Part shown: one piece after another, positions 31,081 to 40,405 of the stretch
Layout: every line of letters starts with the position of its first letter
How positions within the stretch are numbered: position 1 is the stretch's first letter
From: Candidatus Omnitrophota bacterium
GTDB taxonomy: Bacteria; Omnitrophota; Gorgyraeia; Gygaellales; Profunditerraquicolaceae
DNA length: 64,000 nucleotides
NCBI GenBank assembly: GCA_041651035.1
Contig: JBAZKC010000002.1
Location: forward strand, 201,046 to 265,045
Reading direction: 5' to 3'
Notes under the pieces: generated by a model
The model's database searches: none
Told to the model about the DNA's origin: nothing
Seen by the model: the letters and a program-made list of their open reading frames with translations, nothing else
Translations under genes and position numbers: made by a program

Positions 31081-32790
31081 ATGAAAAACTTAGAAGTTGC
31101 ACAGATATTACGCGATATCGCCAGGATCCTGGAGATCAAAGGCGGTAATGTTTTTAGGATCCGCGCCTACGAAAGGGCGGCTCAGAATATAGAAGGCTTA
31201 AGTAAAGACATAGAAGACATCGCTAAAGAAGGCACGCTTACCGGGATCCCCGGTATTGGCAAGGATATTTCAGAAAAGATCAAAGAATTCATCGCATCCG
31301 GAAAGATCAAGATGCGCGAAGACCTGATAAAAAGCCTGCCTGAAGGTTTACTGGACCTGCTTAACATCCCATCCATCGGCCCAAAGACCGCCAAGCTTTT
31401 ACATGAAAAATTAAAGATAAAAAACGTCGCGGACCTGGAAAAAGCAATAGCAAAGAATAAACTTAAGGGGATCTTTGGGATAAAAGAAAAAACCATAGAA
31501 AATATTCTAAAGGGGATAGAGATACTTAAAAAAGGCAGCGAAAGGATGACCCTTGCCCAAGCGGGGCTTATAGCAGAAAGATTCATAAACCCCCTGCGGG
31601 AATTGCCTGAAGCCAAGAAGGTATCGGAGGCAGGAAGTTTACGCAGGCAAAAAGAAACAGTAAGGGATATTGACATACTGGTGATCTCTGATAAGCCGAA
31701 GGCGATAATGCGCGCTTTCACTAAGATGCCCGAAGCCGCGGATATCCTGGCTGAAGGAGAGACTAAATCTTCCTTGCGCACAAAAGATAATGTGCAAATA
31801 GACTGCCGGGTAGTGAAAGAGAGGTCTTTCGGAGCGGCCCTTCTTTATTTCACAGGCTCAAAGAATTTTAATATCAAGCTCAGGCAGCTGGCGATAAAAA
31901 AAGGATTAAAGATAAATGAATACGGGGTCTTTAAGCAAGGCAGGTTTATCTGCGGCAGGACCGAAAGAGAGATATTCAAGGCATTAGGTATGTCCTATAT
32001 TGAACCGGAATTAAGGGAAGATACGGGAGAAATAGAACTGGCGCGGAAATTCAGGCTTCCTGAATTAATAGAGCTAAAGGATTTAAAAGGCGACCTTCAC
32101 GCGCATTCTAAATATTCTGACGGCGCTAATAGTATAGGCGAAATGGCATCTGCCTGCCGTAAAAAAGGGTACTCTTATGTGGCTATTACTGACCATTCAG
32201 AGAGCCTTAAGGTCGCGCATGGATTAAGCATCGCGGACCTAAGAAAGAAAAAGAAAGAAATAGACAGCCTGAATAAGAAATTCAAGGATTTCAGGGTCTT
32301 GTTTGGGACAGAGGTGGATATAGGTTCCGACGGAAAAATAGATTATACAGACGGAATATTAAAAGATTTTGACATAGTAGTGGCTGCCATCCATACAGGA
32401 TTTAAACAATCAAGAGGACAGCTTACAAAAAGGATAATTAGAGCCTGTGAGAATAGATACGTGCATATTATCGCGCATCCCACAGGCAGGCTCTGGGGTG
32501 TGCGCGAGGCTTATGATATAGACTTAAGCGAGATCTTAAAAGCAGCCAAAGATACCCATACGCATCTAGAGATAAATTCTTTTCCGCAAAGATTAGATTT
32601 AGACAGCCCGCATTGCCGGCAGGCTAAAGAAATGGGCGTAAAATTAACCATTTCTACGGACGCGCACGCGGCCAGGCATTTAGAAGCAATTAAATTCGGC
32701 ATTTCGGTAGCGCGGCGCGGCTGGCTTACTAAAAATGACGTTATTAACACGCTTTCAGTTGAAGCGTTATTAAAAGAAATAAAAAAATGA
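31081..32790 (+). CDS. polX: DNA polymerase X family protein with a C-terminal PHP phosphoesterase domain
   Basis: 569 aa. Pol-beta-like HhH and palm motifs (GSLRRQKETVRDIDILV) plus a PHP domain (HAHSKYSDG...DHS). Confidence 0.85.
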   Translation: MKNLEVAQILRDIARILEIKGGNVFRIRAYERAAQNIEGLSKDIEDIAKEGTLTGIPGIGKDISEKIKEFIASGKIKMREDLIKSLPEGLLDLLNIPSIGPKTAKLLHEKLKIKNVADLEKAIAKNKLKGIFGIKEKTIENILKGIEILKKGSERMTLAQAGLIAERFINPLRELPEAKKVSEAGSLRRQKETVRDIDILVISDKPKAIMRAFTKMPEAADILAEGETKSSLRTKDNVQIDCRVVKERSFGAALLYFTGSKNFNIKLRQLAIKKGLKINEYGVFKQGRFICGRTEREIFKALGMSYIEPELREDTGEIELARKFRLPELIELKDLKGDLHAHSKYSDGANSIGEMASACRKKGYSYVAITDHSESLKVAHGLSIADLRKKKKEIDSLNKKFKDFRVLFGTEVDIGSDGKIDYTDGILKDFDIVVAAIHTGFKQSRGQLTKRIIRACENRYVHIIAHPTGRLWGVREAYDIDLSEILKAAKDTHTHLEINSFPQRLDLDSPHCRQAKEMGVKLTISTDAHAARHLEAIKFGISVARRGWLTKNDVINTLSVEALLKEIKK

Positions 32791-33710
32791 CGAATATTAT
32801 TGCTTTCCTGCTCTTGTGTTCCTGCGTTCTTACGGCTGGCTGCAAAAATCAACAACTCTATACGGATAACCGCGTAATGATGGGGACTATCGTGGAAACA
32901 ACCTCTGTGTATAAAGAGGCATCGGGCATTGTTTTTAGCGAGATGGAAAGAATAGACGGGTTGTTGAGCAAATATAAACCGGACAGCGAAGTCTCAGAGT
33001 TAAACAGATCAGGCAAATTAAATGCCAGCCCGGACACATTTTCTATTATAAAAAAGGCTAAGGAATTTTGGCAGGCAAGCGGCGGCGCGTTCGATATTAC
33101 CGTAGCCCCGCTTCTAGACCTGTGGGGTTTTACCAACGGGCAGTATTGCCTGCCTCGGGAAAAAGAAATTAAAAATACCTTAAAGCTGATAGGCTCTGAT
33201 AAAATTATTTTGCGCGAGGATAATAGTGTGGTAGAATTTAGGCTTTCCGGAATGAAGATAGACTTAGGAGCGATAGCAAAAGGTTACGCGTTAGACTGCG
33301 CGGCGGATAAATTAAGAAAAGCGGGAATAAAAAGCTGCCTGATCAATGCCGGAGGACAGGTTTATGCCTTAGGAGATAAATTTGGTAAACCCTGGAAAAT
33401 AGCGATTAAGGGTCCGCGGGGGGGGAATTTTATAGGCTATCTGGAATTAAAAAACAAGTCCGCGGCAACCTCAGGAGATTACGAACAGTATTTTATTAAG
33501 AATAATACCCGTTATCAACATATAATAAACCCTAAAACCGGATACCCCGCGAATTCAGGGATCGTCTCAGTAACGGTGATTGCATCTGACGGCTTGACTG
33601 CCGATTGCCTATCGACAGCTATCTTTGTTTTAGGAAAAGAAAAAGGCAAGGCACTGGCCAAAAGTTTTTCTACGGAAGTAAAGATCATCGAAGATAAAGG
33701 TGGTTCTTAA
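32787..33710 (+). CDS. apbE: FAD:protein FMN transferase (ApbE family lipoprotein)
   Basis: 307 aa. Signal peptide with Cys lipobox (LTAGC); ApbE motifs GAIAKGYALD and TSGDYEQYF. Confidence 0.8.
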   Translation: MTNIIAFLLLCSCVLTAGCKNQQLYTDNRVMMGTIVETTSVYKEASGIVFSEMERIDGLLSKYKPDSEVSELNRSGKLNASPDTFSIIKKAKEFWQASGGAFDITVAPLLDLWGFTNGQYCLPREKEIKNTLKLIGSDKIILREDNSVVEFRLSGMKIDLGAIAKGYALDCAADKLRKAGIKSCLINAGGQVYALGDKFGKPWKIAIKGPRGGNFIGYLELKNKSAATSGDYEQYFIKNNTRYQHIINPKTGYPANSGIVSVTVIASDGLTADCLSTAIFVLGKEKGKALAKSFSTEVKIIEDKGGS

Positions 33711-34536
33711 TATGTTTGACATAATAACTACGCAAGAATTAGCTAAAGATATAACCAAGATCACAGTCAATGCTCCAGTAATCGCGCAAAAAGCAAGAGC
33801 AGGACAGTTTGTGGTCCTGATCTTGGATGAAAAAGGAGAACGTATACCGTTAACCTTGGCAGATTGGGATAAAAATACCGGGGCTATCTCCTTAATATTC
33901 CAGAAGGTCGGTTTTACCACTAAAAGATTAGGAGCCTTAAAAATAGGCGACCCCATAGCTCATATTCTGGGCCCCTTAGGCCATCCTACAGAAATAAAGA
34001 ATCTGGGTACCGTTGTTTGTGTCGGAGGCGGAGTAGGGATCGCGGAAGTCTATCCGGTCTCCAGGGCTTTTAAAGAAGCCGGCAACCGTGTTATAGGAGT
34101 AGTCGGCGCGCGCTCAAAAGATCTATTGATCCTGGAAAAAGAGATGCTCGGCGCCTGCGATGAGTTATTCATTGTCACAGACGACGGATCTTGCGGAAGA
34201 AAGGGTTTTGTTACGGATGCCTTAAGGGAATTATTTGATACGATAGATAAATCTACGCATACCAAATATCCGGACTTAATTTACGCGATCGGCCCGGTCC
34301 CCATGATGAAGGCGGTTTCAGAATTGACTAAAATATACGGGATAAAAACCATAGTAAGTATTAATCCTATAATGGTAGACGCTACGGGCATGTGCGGCTC
34401 CTGCCGCTGCACCGTAGGCGGAAAAACGCTCTTTGGCTGCGTGGACGGCCCGGATTTTGACGGCCACAGCCTGGATTTTGAGGAATTAGAAAAAAGACTG
34501 CGGTTTTTTAAGGATGAGGAGATCAAATTACTATGA
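33700..34536 (+). CDS. nfnA: NfnA/SudB-type ferredoxin-NADP+ reductase small subunit (PyrK-like; FAD and [2Fe-2S])
   Basis: 278 aa. FAD/NAD-binding PyrK-like fold with the C-terminal Cys cluster MCGSCRC...GCVDGP. Confidence 0.7.
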   Translation: MVLNMFDIITTQELAKDITKITVNAPVIAQKARAGQFVVLILDEKGERIPLTLADWDKNTGAISLIFQKVGFTTKRLGALKIGDPIAHILGPLGHPTEIKNLGTVVCVGGGVGIAEVYPVSRAFKEAGNRVIGVVGARSKDLLILEKEMLGACDELFIVTDDGSCGRKGFVTDALRELFDTIDKSTHTKYPDLIYAIGPVPMMKAVSELTKIYGIKTIVSINPIMVDATGMCGSCRCTVGGKTLFGCVDGPDFDGHSLDFEELEKRLRFFKDEEIKLL

Positions 34537-35933
34537 AAAACGGAACACGTAAAACTATAGATATCATAGCGCTTTTCCTTCCCGAAATAAAAGAACTCCT
34601 GCAGAACAAGGATTTTAACGGCCTTAAGGCATTTTTAAAGAATATCAACTCCGTTGACCTGGCTGAAGGCTGGCAGTATCTTGAGCCGACTGAAAAGATC
34701 CTGACTTTTAAGCTGCTGGGGATCAAGAAATCTATTGAGGTATTTGAAAATTTACGCCTGCCCGAACAAACCTTTATCTTGAACAACCTGGATAATGCCG
34801 AGGTCTCGCAGGTCATCAACGTTATGGCTCCCGATGAAAGGGCTGATCTCTTTAAAGAATTGCCTGAGAAAGTCTCAAAAAGGTTCTTCCAGTTAGTCAA
34901 TAAAGAAGACCAGAACGACTTAAGAAAACTTATGGTTTATCCTGAAGGCAAAGCAGGCAGCCTTATGACCACGGAATTCGTAGAATTAAAAAAGGATATG
35001 ACCGGCAGGCAGGCGATCCTTTCAACCCAGGAAGCCTTAAGGGCCGGTTACAGGGAAAATGTTTATTCTGTTTTTGTCACAGACGATGCCCATAAACTTC
35101 TCGGGATTATAGCCCTCCAGGACTTATTGAAGGCCCCGCCGGATATTATCATAAAGAATATAATGCTAAGCGCTGAATCAATTAAAGTAGACGTAGAAAC
35201 TGGCATTAAAGATACTGCCGGACAGTTTAAAAAATATGACTTACTTGATGTACCGATAGTAGATAAGGAAAATACGCTTTTGGGAATTATCACTGTTGAC
35301 GACATAGTAGATATAATGGAAAAAGAGACCACCAAAGAAATATACGAAATAGGTAAGATGAGCTCCGAGGGAGGAGAAATAATCAGTTACGCGCGCGCGA
35401 CTACAATGGAATTAGTAAAAAGGCGCGCCGGATGGTTGATTATGCTTTTGATATTTGATTTCTTAACGGGGACTGTTTTGAAAAACTTTGAGCATGTTTT
35501 AAGTTCGGTGGTCGCCTTAACGTTCTTTATCCCGATGCTGCTGGATACCGGAGGTAATGCGGGCGCGCAGACTTCTATTACTATCATCCGCGGCATGGCA
35601 ACAGGCGATGTCAACCTGAAGAATATCTTTAAAGTGATCAAACTTGAATTCAGCGCGGCCATGCTAATGAGCTTCATCGTAGGCAGCGTAGCTTTTGGCA
35701 GGGCGTTTCTTCTGCAAAAGGACTTTGTGCTTGCCAGTGTAGTAGGTTTCAGCATGCTATTGATCGCGATACTGGCAATTGCTACCGGTATCTTCTTGCC
35801 GCTTTTTTCCAAGAAAGTCGGTTTAGACCCGGCAGTTCTAGCCGGTCCTATCACAACCAGCGTTGTAGATGTGATAGGCCTTATCATATATTTTAAGATC
35901 GCGCAGTTATTTATTCCTGCTTTACGGTTATAA
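34533..35933 (+). CDS. mgtE: Magnesium transporter MgtE
   Basis: 466 aa. MgtE N-domain, tandem CBS domains and a C-terminal 5-TM domain (PMLLDTGGNAGAQ). Confidence 0.9.
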   Translation: MKNGTRKTIDIIALFLPEIKELLQNKDFNGLKAFLKNINSVDLAEGWQYLEPTEKILTFKLLGIKKSIEVFENLRLPEQTFILNNLDNAEVSQVINVMAPDERADLFKELPEKVSKRFFQLVNKEDQNDLRKLMVYPEGKAGSLMTTEFVELKKDMTGRQAILSTQEALRAGYRENVYSVFVTDDAHKLLGIIALQDLLKAPPDIIIKNIMLSAESIKVDVETGIKDTAGQFKKYDLLDVPIVDKENTLLGIITVDDIVDIMEKETTKEIYEIGKMSSEGGEIISYARATTMELVKRRAGWLIMLLIFDFLTGTVLKNFEHVLSSVVALTFFIPMLLDTGGNAGAQTSITIIRGMATGDVNLKNIFKVIKLEFSAAMLMSFIVGSVAFGRAFLLQKDFVLASVVGFSMLLIAILAIATGIFLPLFSKKVGLDPAVLAGPITTSVVDVIGLIIYFKIAQLFIPALRL

Positions 35934-35938
35934 ATAAA

Positions 35939-37333
35939 ATGAGAATACAAGTATTACGGCGCCAGTCAAAAGAACGGACAAAAGACTTCCTGGAAGTCGC
36001 TTTGGGGCTTTCCAAAGAAGAGGCGGAAAAAGAAGCAAGCCGCTGCCTTCAGTGCAAAAACCCTGCCTGCGTAAAAGGCTGCCCCGTCAATATAGATATA
36101 CCCGGCTTTATAAAACTGCTTAAAGAAAGTAAGCATAAAGAAGCGTTGGAGAAAATCAAAGAAAAGAATAATCTTCCGGCGGTCTGCGGCAGAGTATGCC
36201 CTCAAGAGAACCAGTGCGAAGCAGCCTGCGTCCTCAACAAGAAAAAAATACCTATAAATATCGGAGCCCTGGAAAGATACGCCGCGGATTATAAATCAAC
36301 CCATAGCCAAGATCTTATAACCCATAGCAAGCAGATGCAGGCTAAGATCGCGGTAGTAGGCTCAGGGCCGGCAGGACTAACCTGTGCCGCGGACCTGGCA
36401 AAAATGGATTATCGGGTTACTCTCTTTGAATCTTTGCATTTACCCGGAGGCGTATTGGCCTATGGAATACCGGAATTCAGGCTGCCTAAAGAAATCGTGG
36501 GAAGTGAAGTTGAATACATAAAAAGCCTGGGCGTAAATATAATAACCGATGCCCTTATTGGTTATACTCATACTATTGATGAATTATTACAGGAGGGTTT
36601 TAAGGCCATATTCGTAGCAACAGGCGCGGGCCTCCCGTTATTTTTAGGGATACCGGGGGAAAACTTAAACCGGGTTTACTCTGCCAACGAGTTCTTAACC
36701 CGTATTAACCTTATGAAGGCGTACAAATTCCCCGAATACGCCAGCCCTGTAAATATAGGCGAAAAGGTCGCGGTTATCGGCGGCGGGAATGTCGCGCTTG
36801 ACTGCGCGCGCGCTGCGCTCAGGTTAGGCAAACAAGTAACCCTGGCTTACCGGCGCACGGAAAAAGAAATGCCCGGCCGCGCTGAAGAAGTAGAAAATGC
36901 CAAAGAAGAAGGAGTGGTTTTTAAATTCTTAACCCAGCCGGTAAAAGTCCTTGGCGATGATAAAGGATTTGTAAAAGGCCTGGAATGTATTAAAATGGAG
37001 TTGGGAGAACCTGATGAATCAGGCAGGAGAAGGCCTGTCCCCGTAAAGGATTCCAATTTCATCCTGGATGTAGATACTATTATTGTAGCTATAGGGCAAA
37101 ACCCCAACCCGTTATTATCCAAAGTTACGCCCGGGCTTAAAACCAATAAAAACGGCACGATCTTTGTAGACGATAATTTTATGACCTCTCTGCCTGGAAT
37201 TTTTGCCGGAGGAGATATTATTACCGGCGCGGATACGGTTATTTCAGCTATGGGCGCAGGCAAAAAAGCCGCCGCCGCTATAGACAAATATATCAGGGAC
37301 ACCCAATCTGCTAAAGCTAAGGGTGTCCCCTAA
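35939..37333 (+). CDS. nfnB: NfnB/SudA/GltD-type NADPH-dependent oxidoreductase large subunit (glutamate synthase beta-chain homologue)
   Basis: 464 aa. N-terminal Fe-S cysteine motifs (CLQCKNPACVKGCP, CGRVCPQENQCEAAC) followed by FAD/NAD Rossmann motifs (VAVVGSGPAGL, VIGGGNVALD). The last 9 codons are encoded by a palindromic repeat. Confidence 0.8.
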   Translation: MRIQVLRRQSKERTKDFLEVALGLSKEEAEKEASRCLQCKNPACVKGCPVNIDIPGFIKLLKESKHKEALEKIKEKNNLPAVCGRVCPQENQCEAACVLNKKKIPINIGALERYAADYKSTHSQDLITHSKQMQAKIAVVGSGPAGLTCAADLAKMDYRVTLFESLHLPGGVLAYGIPEFRLPKEIVGSEVEYIKSLGVNIITDALIGYTHTIDELLQEGFKAIFVATGAGLPLFLGIPGENLNRVYSANEFLTRINLMKAYKFPEYASPVNIGEKVAVIGGGNVALDCARAALRLGKQVTLAYRRTEKEMPGRAEEVENAKEEGVVFKFLTQPVKVLGDDKGFVKGLECIKMELGEPDESGRRRPVPVKDSNFILDVDTIIVAIGQNPNPLLSKVTPGLKTNKNGTIFVDDNFMTSLPGIFAGGDIITGADTVISAMGAGKKAAAAIDKYIRDTQSAKAKGVP

Positions 37334-37410
37334 ATAAAAATAATTCCTAATAGGGGACACCCTCCCGATTGGTTGAAAGGGTGTCCCTCGATTGGCAAAA
37401 AGGGTGTCCC
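37296..37410. repeat. Cluster of three GGGACACCC / GGGTGTCCC hairpin elements (9-bp stems, about 16-nt loops) spanning the nfnB 3' end and the nfnB-panB spacer
   Basis: Element A runs 37296-37329; its loop AATCTGCTAAAGCTAA encodes the nfnB C-terminus. Element B runs 37354-37387. A third 3'-half GGGTGTCCC lies at 37402-37410. Compare the uvrB copy at 7920-7973. Confidence 0.85.
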
Positions 37411-37419
37411 TAAGAAAGA

Positions 37420-38259
37420 ATGGAAGAAGCAAGGATGGAGATTAAAGACATATTGTCTTTAAAAGGAAAACGTAAGATCACCATGCTTACTGCCTATGAT
37501 TATCCCATAGCTTCTCTGATCGATAAGGCTGGCATAGACATGATCCTGGTAGGCGATTCCCTGGCCAATGTAGTTTTAGGGCTGGATTCAACAACCCAGG
37601 TAGGCATGCAGGAGATGCTGCATCACGCTAAGGCAGTAACACGCGCGGTAAAACATTCCCTGGTAATTGGCGATATGCCTTATAATTCTTACCAGGTCAA
37701 TCCGCAAAACGCGGTAGAAAATGCCTTAAGGTTCATTAATGAAGCCCTGTGCCAGGCGGTAAAATTAGAGTGGTTTGATAAATGCCTGGAGGTAGCTAAA
37801 GGAATTATTCAGGCAGGGATACCTGTGATGGGGCATATTGGACTTACTCCGCAGACTGCCGATAAAATAGGGGGCTTTAAGGTGCAGGGAAAAGATGCCG
37901 ATACTGCCAGGCGGCTGATCGAACAGGCAACGGCATTGGAAAAACTGGGCTGTTTCTCCATTCTCCTTGAATGTATCCCCGACAGGATCACGGAATTGAT
38001 CACTAAAGAATTAAAGGTCCCTACGATAGGGATAGGGGCCGGGCCTTATTGCGACGGCCAGGTGCTGGTTACGTATGATATGCTGGGGCTCTCCCAGCGC
38101 CGCAGGCTGAAATTTGCCAAGAAATACGTTGATCTATCCGCGTTAATCGCTAAGGCCGTAGAAGAATTTAAACTTGAGGTAACAGGTAAAAAATTCCCCG
38201 CCGCCGAACACAGTTTCAGCATACAGGAAGAAGAACTTAAAAAATTAAATGAAAGGTAA
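37420..38259 (+). CDS. panB: 3-methyl-2-oxobutanoate hydroxymethyltransferase
   Basis: 279 aa. ITMLTAYDYP and VGDSLANVVLG motifs. Confidence 0.9.
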   Translation: MEEARMEIKDILSLKGKRKITMLTAYDYPIASLIDKAGIDMILVGDSLANVVLGLDSTTQVGMQEMLHHAKAVTRAVKHSLVIGDMPYNSYQVNPQNAVENALRFINEALCQAVKLEWFDKCLEVAKGIIQAGIPVMGHIGLTPQTADKIGGFKVQGKDADTARRLIEQATALEKLGCFSILLECIPDRITELITKELKVPTIGIGAGPYCDGQVLVTYDMLGLSQRRRLKFAKKYVDLSALIAKAVEEFKLEVTGKKFPAAEHSFSIQEEELKKLNER

Positions 38260-38977
38260 GGCCGGCTTTAAAAAATATATTTCCATCGCCGTACTTCTAC
38301 TGCTGGGCATTTTGTTTATAGCTAAATTTGGCGGCCCGGCTATTTTAAGATTATACATTGAGACCGGTATCGGCACCTGTTCTAAAATACCCATATTATG
38401 CCTGGCCCCCGAAGGGACAATCAACTCTGAGATAAATAAAGCCTACGCCGCGGAATTGGTGCCCCATAAATTCCCTCAGATGGCCATCTCAATACCAATG
38501 ACCATCTCAATACCAAAGGGTTTTTCTATAGTCCAGCAAAGGACCAAGAGGGTCTATTATAAAAAGAGAAGGCCTGAACAAAAACAACCCATTATATACC
38601 TTCTCCGCCAAGAGCCTGGTTTCTTTATAAACTTATACCCCCGGTTAAAGAAAGAGGGGATAGCCGATGATTATGAATTCCTGAAGCGCGTAATGTACGC
38701 CAAGCCGGCTGATATAAAAGATATCACCGGGGCATTTTTCCTGATCATGAAAAGCATTTTTATCCCGGACTTGGGAGATCAAAGAAACGCGAAGATGGCG
38801 CAATTCAGCATAGCGGGAAGAAAAGGTTTTATAAATTATAACCTGGCTGGGCCGGAGCATTATTTTGACTGTAACGTAATTAACGCCCAAGGTGCGTTCT
38901 TTAAGATCTATATTAAAGATAAAGGCGCTAATTTAGATTTAGATAAAGTATTAACGATAGTCTCTACGGTAAATTGA
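38249..38977 (+). CDS. Hypothetical membrane-anchored protein
   Basis: 242 aa with an N-terminal TM helix and no recognisable motif. It contains a tandem 18-nt duplication at 38484-38519. Confidence 0.45.
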   Translation: MKGKAGFKKYISIAVLLLLGILFIAKFGGPAILRLYIETGIGTCSKIPILCLAPEGTINSEINKAYAAELVPHKFPQMAISIPMTISIPKGFSIVQQRTKRVYYKKRRPEQKQPIIYLLRQEPGFFINLYPRLKKEGIADDYEFLKRVMYAKPADIKDITGAFFLIMKSIFIPDLGDQRNAKMAQFSIAGRKGFINYNLAGPEHYFDCNVINAQGAFFKIYIKDKGANLDLDKVLTIVSTVN

Positions 38978-39049
38978 GGCCCCCGCTCCTGACGGAAGCG
39001 TTGAATTGTACTTGACTTTTTGTTCAATATGCGCTAAAAATAAAAAGTT

Positions 39050-40366
39050 ATGACTGAGAATTTAATGGATAAGATCGTTTCACTATGCAAGCGCCGCGGG
39101 TTCATATTCCAATCCTCGGATATATACGGCGGCCTGGCCAATGCCTGGGATTACGGGCCATACGGGGTTGAGCTTAAAAATAACCTTAAGCGGGCCTGGT
39201 GGAAATCAGTTGTTTACCAGCGCGACGATATCTTCGGGATGGATGCCGCTATCCTCATGCATCCTAAAACCTGGGAGGCATCCGGCCATGTGCAGAACTT
39301 TTTTGACTTAAAAAGCGACTGCAAGGACTGTAAGAAACGTTTCAAGTCAGAAGATTTAAAGGGCTCCTTAAAATGCCCGGAGTGCGGCGGAGAACTGACA
39401 GAATCCCGGCCGTTTAATCTGATGTTTAAGACCCATCAGGGACCAATTGAGGATACCACAAACCAGATCTATTTACGCCCTGAAACCGCTCAAGGCATAT
39501 TTGTAAATTTCCTCAATATCCTTGATTCAAAACACCCTAAACTTCCGTTTGGGCTTGCTCAAATCGGAAAGTCTTTCCGCAATGAAATTACGCCGGGAAA
39601 CTTTACTTTCAGGACCCGCGAGTTTGAGCAGATGGAAATAGAATACTTTGTCCGCCCGGAAAATGCCGATGATAAGTTTAAGGAATGGGTGGATTACAGA
39701 TACAATTGGTATGTGGGGCTGGGGCTTAAAAAAGATAATTTAAGAATGCGCGCGCACGCCAAGGATGAACTCGCGCATTATGCTTTAGCGTGCACGGATA
39801 TAGAATACAATTTTCCTTTTGGCTTTTCAGAACTTGAGGGTATAGCTAACCGCGCTGATTTTGACCTGAAACAACACTCGGAATATAGCGGCAAAGACTT
39901 AAGATATTATGATGACGCGGCTAAAGAAAGGTTTTTCCCGTATATAATTGAGCCTTCCGGCGGAATAGACAGGGCCACCTTAGCGTTTTTAGTTGATGCT
40001 TATGCCGAAGAAATTGTCCGGGATGATACCCGTGTTGTCCTTAAGCTGCACAGGGATTTAGCGCCCATAAAGGCGGCGGTGCTGCCGCTTTTAAGGAACC
40101 GCCCCGAGATCGTGGAATTGGCCAAAAAAATATCCCAGGATCTAAGAAAAACCCTGGTTACTGTTTATGATGATACCGGGGCAATAGGCAAACTTTACCG
40201 CAGGCAGGATGAAGTCGGCACGCTTTTCTGCGTAACAGTAGATGTCCAGACACTGGAAGACAAACAGGTTACTGTCCGTAACAGGGATACCATGCTTCAG
40301 GAAAGAATCAGTATTGATAAACTAAGAGGTTATCTTTCAGAAAAAATAACCGGGGACGTTCCTTAA
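39050..40366 (+). CDS. glyQS: Glycyl-tRNA synthetase, alpha2 (eukaryote/archaeal-like) type
   Basis: 438 aa. Class-II motifs FRNEITPGNFTFRTREFEQMEIEYF and a zinc-ribbon insertion CKDCKKRF...CPECGG. Confidence 0.88.
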   Translation: MTENLMDKIVSLCKRRGFIFQSSDIYGGLANAWDYGPYGVELKNNLKRAWWKSVVYQRDDIFGMDAAILMHPKTWEASGHVQNFFDLKSDCKDCKKRFKSEDLKGSLKCPECGGELTESRPFNLMFKTHQGPIEDTTNQIYLRPETAQGIFVNFLNILDSKHPKLPFGLAQIGKSFRNEITPGNFTFRTREFEQMEIEYFVRPENADDKFKEWVDYRYNWYVGLGLKKDNLRMRAHAKDELAHYALACTDIEYNFPFGFSELEGIANRADFDLKQHSEYSGKDLRYYDDAAKERFFPYIIEPSGGIDRATLAFLVDAYAEEIVRDDTRVVLKLHRDLAPIKAAVLPLLRNRPEIVELAKKISQDLRKTLVTVYDDTGAIGKLYRRQDEVGTLFCVTVDVQTLEDKQVTVRNRDTMLQERISIDKLRGYLSEKITGDVP

Positions 40367-40405
40367 GAACAAGTCCATAAAACAAGAGGGAGGGTTTTAA
40401 AAGCA

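Noticed and set aside
37296-37410. Three similarly spaced GGGTGTCCC / GGGACACCC units that could be taken for a short CRISPR array
   Set aside because: The units are in inverted orientation and pair as hairpins. The spacers are related to each other (TCCCGATTGG...). Only 2.5 units are present, with no leader or cas genes nearby. Copies of the same element lie inside and at the ends of genes elsewhere. It was classified as a REP/RPE-like palindromic element.
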